Of a DNA stretch of 64,000 bases, positions 35,277 to 49,375 are shown in pieces (position 1 is the first letter of the stretch; each line of letters begins with the position of its first letter). Source of the stretch: Camelus dromedarius. Taxonomy: Eukaryota. Location of the stretch: contig NC_087436.1 of NCBI RefSeq assembly GCF_036321535.1, positions 34,286,001-34,350,000 of the forward strand. The letters run 5' to 3'. The notes below the pieces were generated by a model. The model saw only the letters and a program-made list of their open reading frames with translations. It was not told the origin of the DNA and searched no databases. The translations under genes and the position numbers were made by a program.

Positions 35277-38200
35277 TATAAAATCCTCAAAAGAGTCTTT
35301 TGGGGCAAGTACTATTATCTTTCCATTAGAGAAATGAGTTAACCAAAGTACATACGTTAAGTAATTACCCAACACCACAGAGCCAGCAAGTTTTCTTTAC
35401 TACTATGCAAACCTCTCTCTCTACACACCTATCTCACTGGATGTGTGTGTGTTCAATAAATATAATGAATCATATTTGAAAAATATGTCACAGCTATATA
35501 AATAAATTCTTATAAATGTTTGTCTGATTCCTGTCTGGAATTTGGATCACTTACATATGAACTAACTAGCTATGTAATCTTGGGTCAGCCTATAAATCTT
35601 TGCCTGTAAGAATTTTTGAAAAATGAACAATATGATCCCTAAATATAGCTCTGGAAGTCAATGATCATGTATGCTTCATGAGATTTTGGCCATCTCCATT
35701 ATTTCAGTTACAGTAAAGTAATTCCTTTTTTATTAGAAAGAATACATTTAGTTAAATATCAATGACTTCAAAACTAAACATTTCTGAGTGTATCTATAAT
35801 AAGTTCTAAACAGAGATCTAGAATATCTCACCATTAAATTCTGATATATGCAAAGCTTACATTTTTGATTAAGGATTCCAGAGGCCTTTCATTCAATAAG
35901 CCAAGCTATTCTTTTTCCAAACTCAGTGTTGACTTGCCAGCCAGAAAGTTGAAACTTTGTATTCCTTTTTTTTTTTTTTTTTGAAAATCTAGATATTTTC
36001 TCTTAATTGTGCAGTCTTTTTTTTTTTTTTTCCACTCCACGATTCCTCAATATTCCTGAAAGGCTTTCAACATGGCTTCTCTAGATTCCCTCAATAGCCT
36101 GGGGTATGAATTATCCAAGAGAGGAGATTTGAACTCCTCAGCATAGTAGGTGTTACCCTGCAGCCCCTCACTTTTCCTGATTTGGTGTGCCGTGTTTCTA
36201 CCTACATGAATTCCAAGATTGTGGACCTTGTTTGCTTAAGAGGTGGGCAATGGTTCCAGTATTCATTAATTTGATATTTTAGAATCTATCACATAAAAGG
36301 TATATTTTAGTCATTAAAAATACAGAAGAAAATAAGACAGGCCACTGTCCCTTGCAGGGAAAAAGTAAAGTTTGATAAAAGATATATGTACAAATAGAAA
36401 CATTTACAATTACCTCTGGGATACCCAATGTTGACATCTTGATTCCAAGAAGCCAGTCCCCCCCACACCATGGATAATTCTTTGACCTGCTCTACTGCTT
36501 TGCCCTTGGCTGTTACCACCTTTCCTGATGATTCTAGATTCTAAAATGCAGTTGGCTCACTCTCTTGGATCTGCAACCAACCTAAGAGTTTTATTCCATT
36601 ACCACTCCCTCTTTGGACTAAGATTTGGTATGCTTTGCTTTGAAATGTTATCATATTAAACCGAAGAGTTAAACATTAAAAGTTTAGAGAAGACCCCTTT
36701 TTTTTTTCTGTACGAATTAGATTATGTTAAATAATACAGATAATGGCTATTAGTGGCTTATTTTAAAATTCTGAGGTGTTAAAACAGTCTAAAATATAAC
36801 TCCTAAACTACACCATATATATATATGTTTAAAATACATTCCCTCCTTTTAAAAGGCTAACAAAAACTACAGCATAGCTAACCTTTTAGTGCTAGCATTG
36901 CCCCTTCAGGGTTTTACATTTATCTTTGCGTAGGTGTGGACTTGAAATAAGCAAACTACTACTTTGCAAAAAAAAAAAAAGAAAATCACATTTTGAACTC
37001 AGAAGCTTCCCTTTCCAAGTGGCTGTACTTTAAATAAAAACAAAACAAACAAGAACTGTCAGTCACCTCCACAATTTAAGTCCAGGGGGCATTTTCAAGG
37101 TATCAATTCTGTAAGTTTGCGAAAATTGACCCTCAAAGAGAAAAGAAACGTTACACCATGAAGATAAGGCACTTGCATATTTTATGCCTGCCTATCAAAT
37201 GTTGACCTTTGTGCCCAGATATGTGGCCCTCAAGGAACATATGTGTTTTCACCTGCTACAGTTACGAGGGCAGTTGATAGCTTCCTGGTTGACTTATTTA
37301 AAATAAAAACATCAGCTACAGCTAAGGGCTGAGCCACAGGCGCCGCCCAGCCGTCACCCCTTTACTGCTTAGGAACCTTTTGGAAGAATGACTTTCTTGT
37401 CTGAGACACCTGATTCCTAGGCAGTGAAACCCTGGTAAATAAACTGATGATATTTAAAGACAAAAACCTGACTGAGATTAAGGGAGTGAACAATCAATCA
37501 GTTTAAAGAAATGGTCTGTCTTTTGGTAGTTTTGTAAAGGTAAAAGTTAAATTGAAATTAGGGCTTTAAATATTGTCACCAAACCTTTTTATGCTGATGG
37601 ATTAGAGTCCTTGATATTCCATTTGCTGAAAAGCCAAATGCATATTTAAAAACCAAAAACCTTACCGTGCAAATGGTTGCTGTGAAATGAGTACAATGCT
37701 TTCCTCTTTTCTATTTTTTTCTGTAAAATGCAATTTATCATTTTAAGCCTGCAGCTGCATCAGGAGTGATGTTATATCTTGGGGATTTGTTTTTAATTTT
37801 TTAAGTGAATAAATCAGGATACAACTACATAATAAATGAACAACTGCTAATTAGCAATTATCAAATCATTACATATGTGTAGATAGAACTATAAAACACA
37901 GTATTTCACTGATTGAAGTTGCTATTATGAAAGTAGTACACTGTATCCAAGGCTAAAGAATTGACTAAAATAGCAAGGTCCAGTACGAGCTCATTCCCCA
38001 GTTAATAAACTGATGATTGCACTGTGGTCACTCTCACAGCCACAATTAAAAACATATTCTTTAATTCATAAACTCTCTGCAAGCTAAATAAAGTGGCTCT
38101 TAATGAATCAGGAAGAAAAATGCCCTAAAATATATTTTTGATTCACAATCTTCTGGCAACGTACATAAATATTCTTAATAAATAAGGATGAAAAATAATC

Positions 38201-41200
38201 TTTTTTTCTTTTGCAAGGTTGGAGAATTCATAATACAATAAAAGTTTAGAAATCATTTGCAAGTAGACATGTTAAAATTCTTAGAAGAAATCATAGATAC
38301 TATTGAGTTCACCTCGTAATCAAAAGCAGGACATTGAAATGTCGTGGTTTATCTAAGAAAAACAGCAGTCAGCCTCTTAAATCTAGTCCGCAGATTTCTG
38401 CAGAGACCTGTGGCGCGAACCAGGCCTGGGAGGCAAGGGGCATAATATGCTTTAGAGCTCTGCCTCTAATCTCTGCATGAATACAATGATCTTTCATACA
38501 AAATACACATTTGATGTGTACAGGAAAATCATTTTTGAAGAAATTAATATTTGGTCATCTACTTTACAAATACTATTTTACCCACATTCTTGCTCATTTT
38601 TAGGCTCCTTTATATTTACTTAAAGGGAAAATAATCTGTGAAGGTTTGTTTTATCAATATCACTGGAAGAGTATTAATTATTCAGCAGAAAGGTGGTGGG
38701 TATATATTACAAATAAAGAACTACAGCTAAATTCTTTTTAGATAATCAGTAAAAATTAGTGCTTTAAAAATGTCTACCAAATAGCTATTTCTTTTTTTTA
38801 AAGATGCAATAATATGCATTTTCAGAAATGACTAAAGTCTAAATGGTTGGTGGGATAGACATAAAGTACATAAACTATAAAATAGTAAAAGAAGATTCAT
38901 CACAGCACATAGTGCTTGATTAGTTGCTTTTTTTTAGTGGCACGTGTAATTAATTACACTGTTGTCTTTTTATTTCTGTGAAACTGATGCTCCAAAATTC
39001 AATTTCTCATGTACTACTATTACCACATAAATCTGATAAAGCATTGCACCAAAAATAATGCTTAGAGTTCACATGTGTTACCTCCAACGATACTATGATA
39101 GTGCCACCAGATTGTATGTAAACACACCCTTTAATTAATAATTCTGCCAAAAAATACTTATTTCAATAGAAGTATTTTTTGCTCTGATTTCTTTAATACA
39201 TTTATATATCACAAAAATTGGTTATTGCAAATCTCCTCAGGTTAACAAAGATCATTTGTACTGCTCAAATTGGTGACTTCTAGAATTTTGAGGGTAAAAA
39301 TGTCTTGTTCACTTATGCATTCTTGCAACTTATCCATCTCTGGCATGTCATTTTTTTCTCTAAAGATGTTCCTGTTTTAAAAAGCAAACCCATATTATTT
39401 TTACATTTTTATTAGAGTCACATGTTCATCAAATTTAATAAATTGGATAGGTTACAGGTACACAAGGACTGTACTCATCAAAGTTGCCTTATATTACACT
39501 GATACTTAAAACCAATTCAATCCCATTGATTTCCTAGATCTTGTGGGTCCATCATGCCACCATCTATAATTTTTATATGAAATCATTTGATGATAATTCA
39601 AAAACTTTATTCTCAGAAGGGTGATTTAAAAGAGCTTCAGGAAAACATCTTATGTATACTTTATTCAGGAAATCTCCCAGTTGGGAGATTGGAATATAAG
39701 ATCCTAAGCAGTGCCCATCACTGCTTCAGAAGCAGCTAAACACCACAAAAATCACGAACAAACCTGAGAAAATAACTGAAGTCATTCAAATGTGCATTAC
39801 CCTTAACAGGTCATTATGATGTCACTCCAATAACACTTTGTTAAATGATGCCCTAGTTTACACTGTGTAGGTGCTACTGAAATTCAGTGGGGAAGAAGTC
39901 TAATCTTACACTCAAAACCATTTTTTATTTCATCAGCGTGAAACAAAATGCTGAGCTCTACCATTTAATATTCTAGATGGACATTCAAATGAGGAGTTGA
40001 AATTGAAAGCAAATTAAGCAAATTGAAATCCACACCAGAATCAGCACAACCATCTCGCCTGAGCTGTCACTTCCTCTGGCTCTGAAAAGGAAAACTCCAC
40101 CTTTCCTGCCTGAGATGAGGCTGTGTGCAAACTCTGAGCTTGCCTGCAATGCAGGGAGAGGCTCTGTGCTGGCAGACAATTGCATCAGGGTGGTGTGTGC
40201 AGAGGGACACACTGTGCCTTGACATTAAACTTGGGAACCAAGGGCAACATTTACTAAACAAAGATGTCACAATAGAAATATCAAAACCCGGGCTCAAGTA
40301 AATAATCAAATTTACATTTTAAATGTTTGGCAATAGCTTCTCATTCACTCTGTCTCTTTGAATGAAGCTAGATAGTATGTGATTCACTCAATTTGATGGG
40401 ATTGACACATTCTGCATGCTATACTGGCTTCCAATAACCAGGCTTTATTTAGTAAATTTATGTCAAAGCCTATATATATTGAGATTACATAGCAGAAGGT
40501 CTAATTAAATTTCAGCAGAAAGTTTGACATTCTACATTTGATTTTTTTTTTTGTATAAGAACTAACCACATATTTTCATTTAGTAGGGCATATATATACT
40601 CACCCTTTTAAAAAAAATTTCATGTATGAGGTTAAATTCAGTCATTAAGAAAAAGAAGATTCGACACCTACTTGTCCTATCATTGATGAGTTTAAACTCT
40701 AACTACTTCCATCTCTTAACAACAAGAATAAAGAGCTGTATTGCCATGAAAGGATGGTGCCAGGGTTTGCATATTTCCTTTAATTTTGTTCTTCATTTCT
40801 TTCCCTATTTTGGGTGACCACTGGGAATTCTGCTGCCATGAATCTGGGTGAAATGTTTCACTACATCCAGAACACTTCATCATGCTGCAGAGCCAAAATC
40901 TATTATGGTTTGCAAGTGACTCATATGTCAGTTATGAGAGAGCTCCAGCAAGAAACGGTTTACATTTAAAAGTCCTAAATGTCAGGAATGCAATGTTTGG
41001 ACTGCATAGGTATTCAAGGTCTGATCAGACTCTGTGAACAATGCTTTGAGGTATTTATTTATTTATGGTGTGTAACCAACCTCATTCACAAGAGTCTGTG
41101 GTTGCTGTAATCACAGTTTATTGTCTCATCTTGGTGATATTTCAGAACTTTCAAAACTGAAACCTTGAAGAAAACAGGCAAAATCAAACTATGAAGGAAA

Positions 41201-42579
41201 AAACCTGTGATCCTGCACTATGAAAGACTGGTAGCGGTTGGGTGTGATCTGTTAGGGAAAATCAATAGAGCTACTACATGTATACATGAACCAGAAATTC
41301 TTGAGAACACAGGTCTGTGGCAAGCCCAAACTCTACTGGAGTTTCAGAGATCATCAGAAAGTAAATCTATGCATTTATATAGTTTTTCTTTAGAATGATG
41401 ATCAAAAAATAGAAAAATCTGCATTTTGCTAGAAGTTGAGCACAAAAATGTTGTCTTCTATATAAACTAAACACTTCTTATATTTTTTTAATAGAAACAT
41501 TTTAGTAAAATCAGCATGATATAATGATAATATTTGAGGATGTAACATTTAATTTGGGAATTAGAATATTGCTCTCTTTGGAATTTTAGACTAACAAACA
41601 CTTTGTCATTTCATTTCAAACTTTATATCTGAAATTTAGATTAGGTTTTGTGTATATTTAGACATCTGTGCATTTATTTCACATCAATCTGTACTTTTTC
41701 TGTTTGAAATATGCTAGAAGAAGAAGAAAGAAGGAAGGATACACATTTAAGGTTCTTTTCAGCTTAATTTTTTTTAAAGCAAAGTAAAAATGAATATAAT
41801 GATTTTTAAAACAGAACCTATTTTATATATAAGCTACATGTATGTAACTGTGACCAATTGTATTTCTCAAACAAAAGCAATTACATTAATCTCTCACTAC
41901 TAAAACTCTTCTAGCAGTCAGCAGCATATGTTTCTGGGATTTCAGCGCATTTCTTACTAGGAAAGAAATATGTCTGAGTAACAGGCAGGCTTGGACAGTA
42001 GCCAGAAATGACAAGAACGGCCAAAAGTGCGGACAAGACATAGTTAACTCCATTCCTGAAATAAAATGCTTTCCATAACTCACCAAATGTGTGGTGACAT
42101 AATAAAAAGCTAGTTTTGTTGTGCTTTCAATATTGTTCAAATTAGAACCAAATAAGGATTTCTTTTAAGGCAAAGGCAACCATGTGTAACCACTTCAACT
42201 TTTCCTGAAATCAATACCACATAATTTCTGCATTTTAACAGATTCTTAAGGATGCCCAAAAGTAAATGCAGAATAAAAGATCAAGTTAAAATATGTGCGG
42301 TTGCCTACGAAACTTATGGAAATTTTTATACCATCCTTCAAAACAAACACCCTCCAAAGGCATCCTGTAGTACACTTTTCAGTAGTTATTAATCTGAATG
42401 TGGTAAGTACATATCAAAAGGAAAATGTAGTTCAAGAAAAACAAATAAAAAGATTCCACCAAATTTTTCTTCACTTTTTTTTTTGCCTAATAGATATTGG
42501 ATTTTTTTTAATAGCATAGGCTTCTATTAAGACTGTTGAAAAATAAAAAATAGTTTGATTTGTATTAGAGATACAATCT

Positions 42580-43024
42580 CTGGTTGATTGAATTATTGAT
42601 CCTGATTCTTCACCCTTGCCTATAAGCAACTTCGCAGTTCCTCCCACCTTTACGTGGAGTTTCTCTCTCTGCCTCATGACTTTGGGCTCATCCATGATTA
42701 TGGTTTCGGTCGATGGGATATTTACAAATATGACACAGGTAGAGACTTGAAATGCATTTGCTCTCTCGTACCTCTGCCATGGTCACTAGAATGCCACGTC
42801 CCTGAGTTCATTAGTACCTGAAGGAGGACAACAGATATTGAGTAGAGGAGTCCCAGCGAACTGAGAGACTTGTAGCCTGAACCAGATTTCCTGTTGAGCC
42901 CAGCTGAGATCAACCCAACTGCCTACCCAGAGATGCGTGAGAATAAATATATATTGCTGTAGGCCTTTGAGGCTGTGTGGCTCTTCATTATGCAACAGTA
43001 TTGAGGCAACAGGTAACAGATACA
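42580..43024 (+). mobile_element. Solo ERVL-MaLR LTR, MLT1I/J-like
   Basis: gcagttcctccca...gactttgggctc...agagacttgaaatg...gagcccagctgagatca...gtgagaataaa...gttgctgtaggcc-like segment, ending aacagataca. AATAAA at 42942-42947. Confidence 0.85.
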
Positions 43025-44355
43025 GAAGCCAAAACAATGGCTTCCTGAATTGAATTGCTACTTATTGTTACTGAATACGTTACTTAATTTTTACGTTTTA
43101 AATGATGGATTATTGTTCTGTTTAACGTAAGAGGCAAAAAAGAGAAAAATGTTCATGTATACTGATAGCTGTGGTATGCCTTGTAGGATTTATTGCTATG
43201 AACTTATTCATAACTCTTCCTACCCTGTGGAACTTCCCATTCTCACTTAGCATGACACACCCCTTGGAAGGGCAACTCAAAACCAGACAGGATCTTCAAG
43301 CTTCCCACTGCTCTCGCAATCCAAAGATTAGAAGAAGAGGGTGGAAATACATGACCCAAGAGGAACAAATCATGGCTGGGTTCAGTCAATCAAATCCTCT
43401 TTCTTAAGAGTAGAAAATGATGAAAAAATGGGGAACACTACAAGAGAACACTAAAAACACGTCCGCAATAAGAGAGAGTGCATCTCTTTGACTCCATCTT
43501 TAGTGCTTCTCTAGTACCCACATGAGGCCTGGCAGGCTACTTTTTATGGACTTGCCACAATGCCAAATGAATCCCTCTGCCCTGTTTTACCTCTGCACGT
43601 GAGTCTTCACCTTTAAAGAAATTTCTGTTACTCAGCACAAAAGACATGATGTTTTGACTTACAGCTATTCTACTCTGTTTTAGTTGGTTATTAGTTTATA
43701 TTGCTTATATTTCTTTATATATTTAAAACAACTGTTTCACAGTATAAAATTTAAGTCCCATTTAAAGCTTTGTGGGGCTTTTTTTACTTCAAAACTATAA
43801 CAATTTTTATTCATATGAAATAGTATTAGCTCATCAATAACCAGGAATGAATATAGCTTTTATCTGCCCTAAAATGTAAAACATATCTTCTGAAAAATTT
43901 GAATTCACTGTCATGGCAAAACATTTTTGTTGTGCACTGTACTTTATATTTAGAAAGCCCATTTCGAAGAATTCAGAAAGAATGTTTCTCTTCTAAGCTT
44001 CAGTGGAATGTTTAGTTTTTGGCGTAGTGTCTAGCATACAGCAGGCACTTAATATGTGTTTATGCAATGATTTTAAAGTCAATATGCTTATTGCAATAGC
44101 ACATGTTGTCATTACATATGTAAAAAATGAAGAGAATGGTTATTTTATATGCAAAATTAAGAGCAGAGGACACCATCAACTGTTAAAATTACATTGAATA
44201 ATGAAAGTCCTAAGAATGATCCTCTGATGTTTATCAAAGTAAAAGCGAATTAATAAGAAAAATATTTTTAAATGTCAAAAATAAAGAAATAAATGACAAA
44301 GATTTTCTTTAAAAAGATGTTTCAGTACAGAACACTGTCTTCTATTCTTTATTTT

Positions 44356-44466
44356 GGGGGGGGGTAATTATTTTTTTTTTATTTTAATGGAGGTACTGCA
44401 GAATGAACCCAGGGCTGTGTGCATGTTAAGCACACACTCTACCACTAAGCTATATACCCTCACTCC
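44356..44466 (-). mobile_element. tRNA-Ala-derived SINE (camelid Vic-1 type), more diverged copy
   Basis: Reverse complement reads gagggtatatagcttagtggtagagtgtgtgcttaacatgcacacagccctgggttcattctgcagtacctcc followed by an A-rich tail. TSD only imperfect (tctttattt / tcttttattt). Confidence 0.88.
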
Positions 44467-47400
44467 TCTTTTATTTCTCATTTTTGAAGCCAAAGTAGTG
44501 AAGTTTTTTAATGTTATAGCAGTGTCACAAGAAGATTAATATATTTTAAAAAATTACTGCACCATTAAAGAAATGGTTGAACTGCTACGAAAGTGTACTC
44601 TTGCAATAAGGAGAAAATAATGTGCAAAATACAATAAAACATCTGTGTACCTTGTAAGATAAGAGGTTAGACTCAAGAGTAATGAAAAAGATGCCAATTA
44701 TAAGCAGTTACTGACTACAAGTAATCATCCCCACAAAGTAACATGGTCTGATTACTTTGTCCAAATACATCACTCTCTCAATTTATAACTCTGTAACAAT
44801 GACTAGGATGATATCAATAGATGCTTTGATTTTATTCTTCAAATAAAGGTATATTCTCTTCACTAAAATGAAAACAAAAGAAAAACTTTTCATATAATCT
44901 ATCATTAGGTTTTTTTTTCACTCAGATTTAAGAAACGATTGCATTTTTAAACCCATGGTAAGTATGCAAAAATTAAGCTATATCAGAATAAGGGATTCAT
45001 GGAAACCTAGTAGTGCAGAATTGCAAGCACTTCAAATCTGTCAAAATTAATAAGGAAAACAGGAGAAACACTGCAGTTCTCCTGTCCAGACTAATAGAAT
45101 TCTCACAGTCTGCTTATGTTAATAAATGTTACAGGAAATCTACCCCTTTCCTCTCGTGGTTGTATTTAGCTATTTGAGCCTGTGATTGTTTTTTCAGTTA
45201 ATCAGAGAATAGTTTTTAATAAGAGAATAAACTACAGTTTTAATGGACTTTGTTAACTTTTTTTTTACTAATATTAAAGTGTGACTAAGCATTCTCAATA
45301 TGTTTTTATCAACAACAAATTTTAATATTGTGTGTACCTATATATGAAAATCATCATGCAAATTTTCATATAAAATTTCCCTTTACTAAAAACATCTGTA
45401 TATCTGTAGAGGTCTTTCTTTTTAAAGTATTTTCTAAGAAAACCTCAATACAGACTATTGACTATGACAAAAATGACCTTTGCAAGTGAATATTGTTATC
45501 TGATTGTATTAATAGTATTCACAACAGCCAGATTTACCTCTTTCAATGTATGTCTTTTTAGTAGGTAACCATCTTCACCTATCCAATTTCCCTAAGAGTA
45601 TAAACTCCATAAAAGCATGGGAAATACAGGTTAGAAATTGGTTTTTTAAAATATAACAAGTATGAAGCTAAAAAATTAGGTGAAGAGAAATATTAAATGC
45701 ATACAGTTACAAACTAGAAAATATCAATGTGTTTGTTTTAGATTTCTACAGTCTACTACATTCACTTTTCAAAAGTTAGTTTAACATGTTAACATTTTTC
45801 ATTCTCTCTGACATGTTTTTAATCATGTCAGTAAAATTCAATTAGCTCTCATATTTTAAAACAAGGTATATTCCTTGTCAAAAATCAAGGCACGACAAGC
45901 TTTATGGTTCCAAAGACCTGCAAACTCAGAGAAACTAGAATGAGCCTGTAATCATTTTCCACACTTCATTTCATCAAGGTTTTTCTATTGATCCTTGCAT
46001 AGACACATTTCTTGTTCACAAGACATATCCTTGTTTTTTGTACAGCATGCACTTTCAATTCAACCAATGAGACGGCAAATCAAGCAATTTTCGTAAACAT
46101 TTTATAGCAGAGGACGTAGTTCCTCAGCAATGAAACCACCCATCAGCAATGAAACCACCCCGTAGAAAAACATAAACTTCTCAGTTCAGTTTACTTCCTA
46201 CATTTAAATTTTTCGTAGTAGCAGTTGAGAAAGTAATCTAAGTTACCTTGCAATTGTGAATATTGAGCATGGAACTTTTATTTATTGCACAGTATTTTGA
46301 ATGTTATTAAATTTAGAGGATGCACTCATATCTATTTGAAAAACTGCACTGCACTTTTTGGTGAGCAGGAAATGACAATAAATATTTATTTAGTCACATG
46401 AAAAAACAAATTTGTAAAACCAAAGATTAGAAAATTTGTCTAAAATTCCTGGAGCCAAGAATCTTTACCACAAATATTACCTTATTAAAAGAAAATACTT
46501 TACAGTTAATAATTGTCCATTTGGGGACCTAATTTGAGACTGTCTATGGTTTTGAAATTAGTTTCATGACTCCTCTGTGATAAGGAAAAAAATTTTCTGA
46601 CCCAGTACCCGTCTCAGGAAATAATATTACATTACAGCTTATTTTTATATTAAAAGTGACGGCTGTGTCATGTATTATTATCTTTCTGAGCAATAATTAT
46701 ACTTCTGTAGTTGTATTTCCTTAATTCATGCAATGAATATTTATTTAGGGCCTACGATGTGCTGTTTTAAGTGGTGGATGTATAGCAATGATCCAAGCCA
46801 TCTTTTCTGACCTCATAGACCTAATGACACTCTTAAAGTTATCCTTTATCTTGGCCTATTATCATGACATTTTGCTGCAAACAGTTTAGGTTTTAAAAAA
46901 CTACATTCCTAAATCCATTGGTCCTTATGTCCAGTTCAATACAATCCACGCAAGCAGTAACGTGCCTGTTGGTGTGAGGCAGGGTTGGTATACTTTCTAC
47001 CTGGCACCAGCCGTTTTCACATCTATGACTTTTTTTTTAAATTGTGAGTGCTGGAGTAGAGCGCTCATGTCTTAGTCTGTGTGCCTGGATAAGTGGTTAC
47101 AACCCTGCTGTACCTGCAATGTTCTTTCAGGTTTTCCGCTTGAGCAAATTGTTTATTGAAGGAGCCAATGACATATAGTTTATACTCAATTGCCTACTAG
47201 AGAGAATAGTCGTGTGACTAAATGAACAAGGTTTTCTCTACTTTTAATGACTATTTTTAAAACATCTAACTGCTTATTTTTATTTACTAAGATAATACTA
47301 AAATCAATTCAAATGTCCTAATTTGGCTTTGGTTTGGGAGGCTTTGCCAACATTTTTGAATCTGTTTATTCATGATTAGAGTAGACTTTAATTCTTAGAA

Positions 47401-48345
47401 GTCCAGTGCTCTCCAAAAGCAAATGTTACTTATAAAAACCTAAAATTTGAAAGTTCCATTTGATTAGTAACTTGTCTTTTAAAATGTGCATGATTACTCA
47501 GAACATATGTAACAAAAGAATAAGTAACCACTCAAGTATGTATTAGTTAATAGTCATAAAATAGTATATTTAAGAGTTTCTAGTGATTTAAATTTAAATA
47601 AATCTTAGCAAAACCAAAATTAGCTGGTTTTGAGTATAGTTTCAGAAATATTATTAATTGTCAGGCAAGAAAGTAAAAGGGTAGAAAAAACACATAAACC
47701 AGAGTGGAAACAGTACATACTTAAATATGTAAAAATGTATATTTGATAAAAACTTCCTAAATGTAGTTCTTACACAAATGAGAAACCAATAAAATTTGCA
47801 AATTAAATGCATACTCAATAAAATTCAAATTAATAGCAATAATTTTATACAACTGATGTTATTTTGCTGAAAGTAAGATCTCTATCAGCAGGGTGAGATT
47901 TAGCAAAGGCACCTCTAGTTTCCTGGGTTCTAGTTTTGATGCCTTTATCCAGTCATCTGTCACCTTTTCTACGCCTCAACTTCTTCATATATAAAATCAA
48001 GCTTCCAAATGCAAAAAGAATGCAGTTCTGTGTAATGTCAGGTCAGGCAAACATAAAGTCATATAAAGAAATAGCTTTTGTATAAATGTAGTGCAGGTGA
48101 CTACAAATCTAATAACTTATTAAAATGAAAAACTTACTAGTAATTACTATACATTGAAATGTTTATTAATGAAATCTCGTAATCAGTTAAAAATAGTAAT
48201 TAAGCAGCTCTTTTTTAAAATACTTTTATGGACAGCGTCAAAAGTCAGGAAAATCTTTTGAGTCAACTTACAAAGACGTCTGTTGGATAATGAAAACGAC
48301 TGAACCCAGGGCAGAGATACAAAAGAGCTTACTTAATTTCAGTGC

Positions 48346-48445
48346 AGTGGTTTCTAACTAAGTTTACAAATTAGAATCACCAGACAGAGTTTTCATAATA
48401 CACATTGCCAGGCCTAACCCCCAGGGAACCCACTCATTAGGGCAC
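48346..48445 (+). mobile_element. MER5A-like hAT-Charlie fragment
   Basis: cagtggtttctaac...ttagaatcacc...gccaggcctaacccccag. Confidence 0.7.
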
Positions 48446-48853
48446 CCAAGCAGGTTGCCAAGGTCTGAATTAAGTATGAGGAATAATCATTCAGTGAAAT
48501 GAAGGAAACATTCAAACACTCACTGGAGCTATGGCTGAAACAAGATAGGGAATAAAATCTTAATTTTTAAAATCTTTCCTATGGTAATAACTGCCTCCAC
48601 CAAACATACACATGAGAAATAATTTAGTGACTTTGCCAAATGTGTTGTGCCATTACATCTCAAGATAAAGGCAATTGCCAGTGAAAACATTCTTGCTGTA
48701 CTTTCAATTTAGAATCAACAAGAAGGAACCTAAAATAAGGATCAAACTTTCTTTATGGTCGTTTGATGAGTTGCTAAATCACTCAGGCCCACAGAATAAT
48801 TTCAGACTGTGCCACTCAGTGTTATGATGTTGCCCTTTCTCAAGTGATAATCT

Positions 48854-48886
48854 AAAAAACAAAAACAAAACAAAACAAAACAAAAA
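48854..48886. repeat. (CAAAA)n pentanucleotide repeat
   Basis: aaaaaacaaaaacaaaacaaaacaaaacaaaaa. Confidence 0.9.
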
Positions 48887-49289
48887 TCTCCCGAGTGTTA
48901 ACTCATTTTGCTCTGAAGATGCTAAGATGCCTCTATGAATTTAAGGCCCACATAAAGTTATTCTAAATATATGAGACAAATGTCTTATCTGACAACTTAT
49001 CTGATGCTAACAAGCCTACACTGTTTCATAGTATGACAAATAAATGTATTATTTTAATCGTCTTCTTTTTCATGCTTCTGGGAATCTATATCTGAATACT
49101 TATTATTCCTTGTGATTTTACAAGCTATTTCATCTGCATTTAGCTAGGATTAGCAGGCTCCCCCTGCCATACCCTCATATCCATTAGCAATACTGAAAGA
49201 ATTCCACCAGCTCACACTTTGTTGGAATAGATAGTACAGACAAGCGAAGAGAGAAAGTAAGGGTCAATCTAGACATTTCTGTGAACATT

Positions 49290-49375
49290 AAAAAAAAAAA
49301 AATCAGTGAATTGTACCCTTTAAAAGAGTGAACTTTATGATAAGTGGATTATACCTTGCTAAATAAAGCTCTCAA
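49290..49375 (+). mobile_element. Old L1M 3' end fragment
   Basis: gaattgtaccctttaaaagagtgaactttatgataagtggattatacc...aataaag. Confidence 0.7.
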
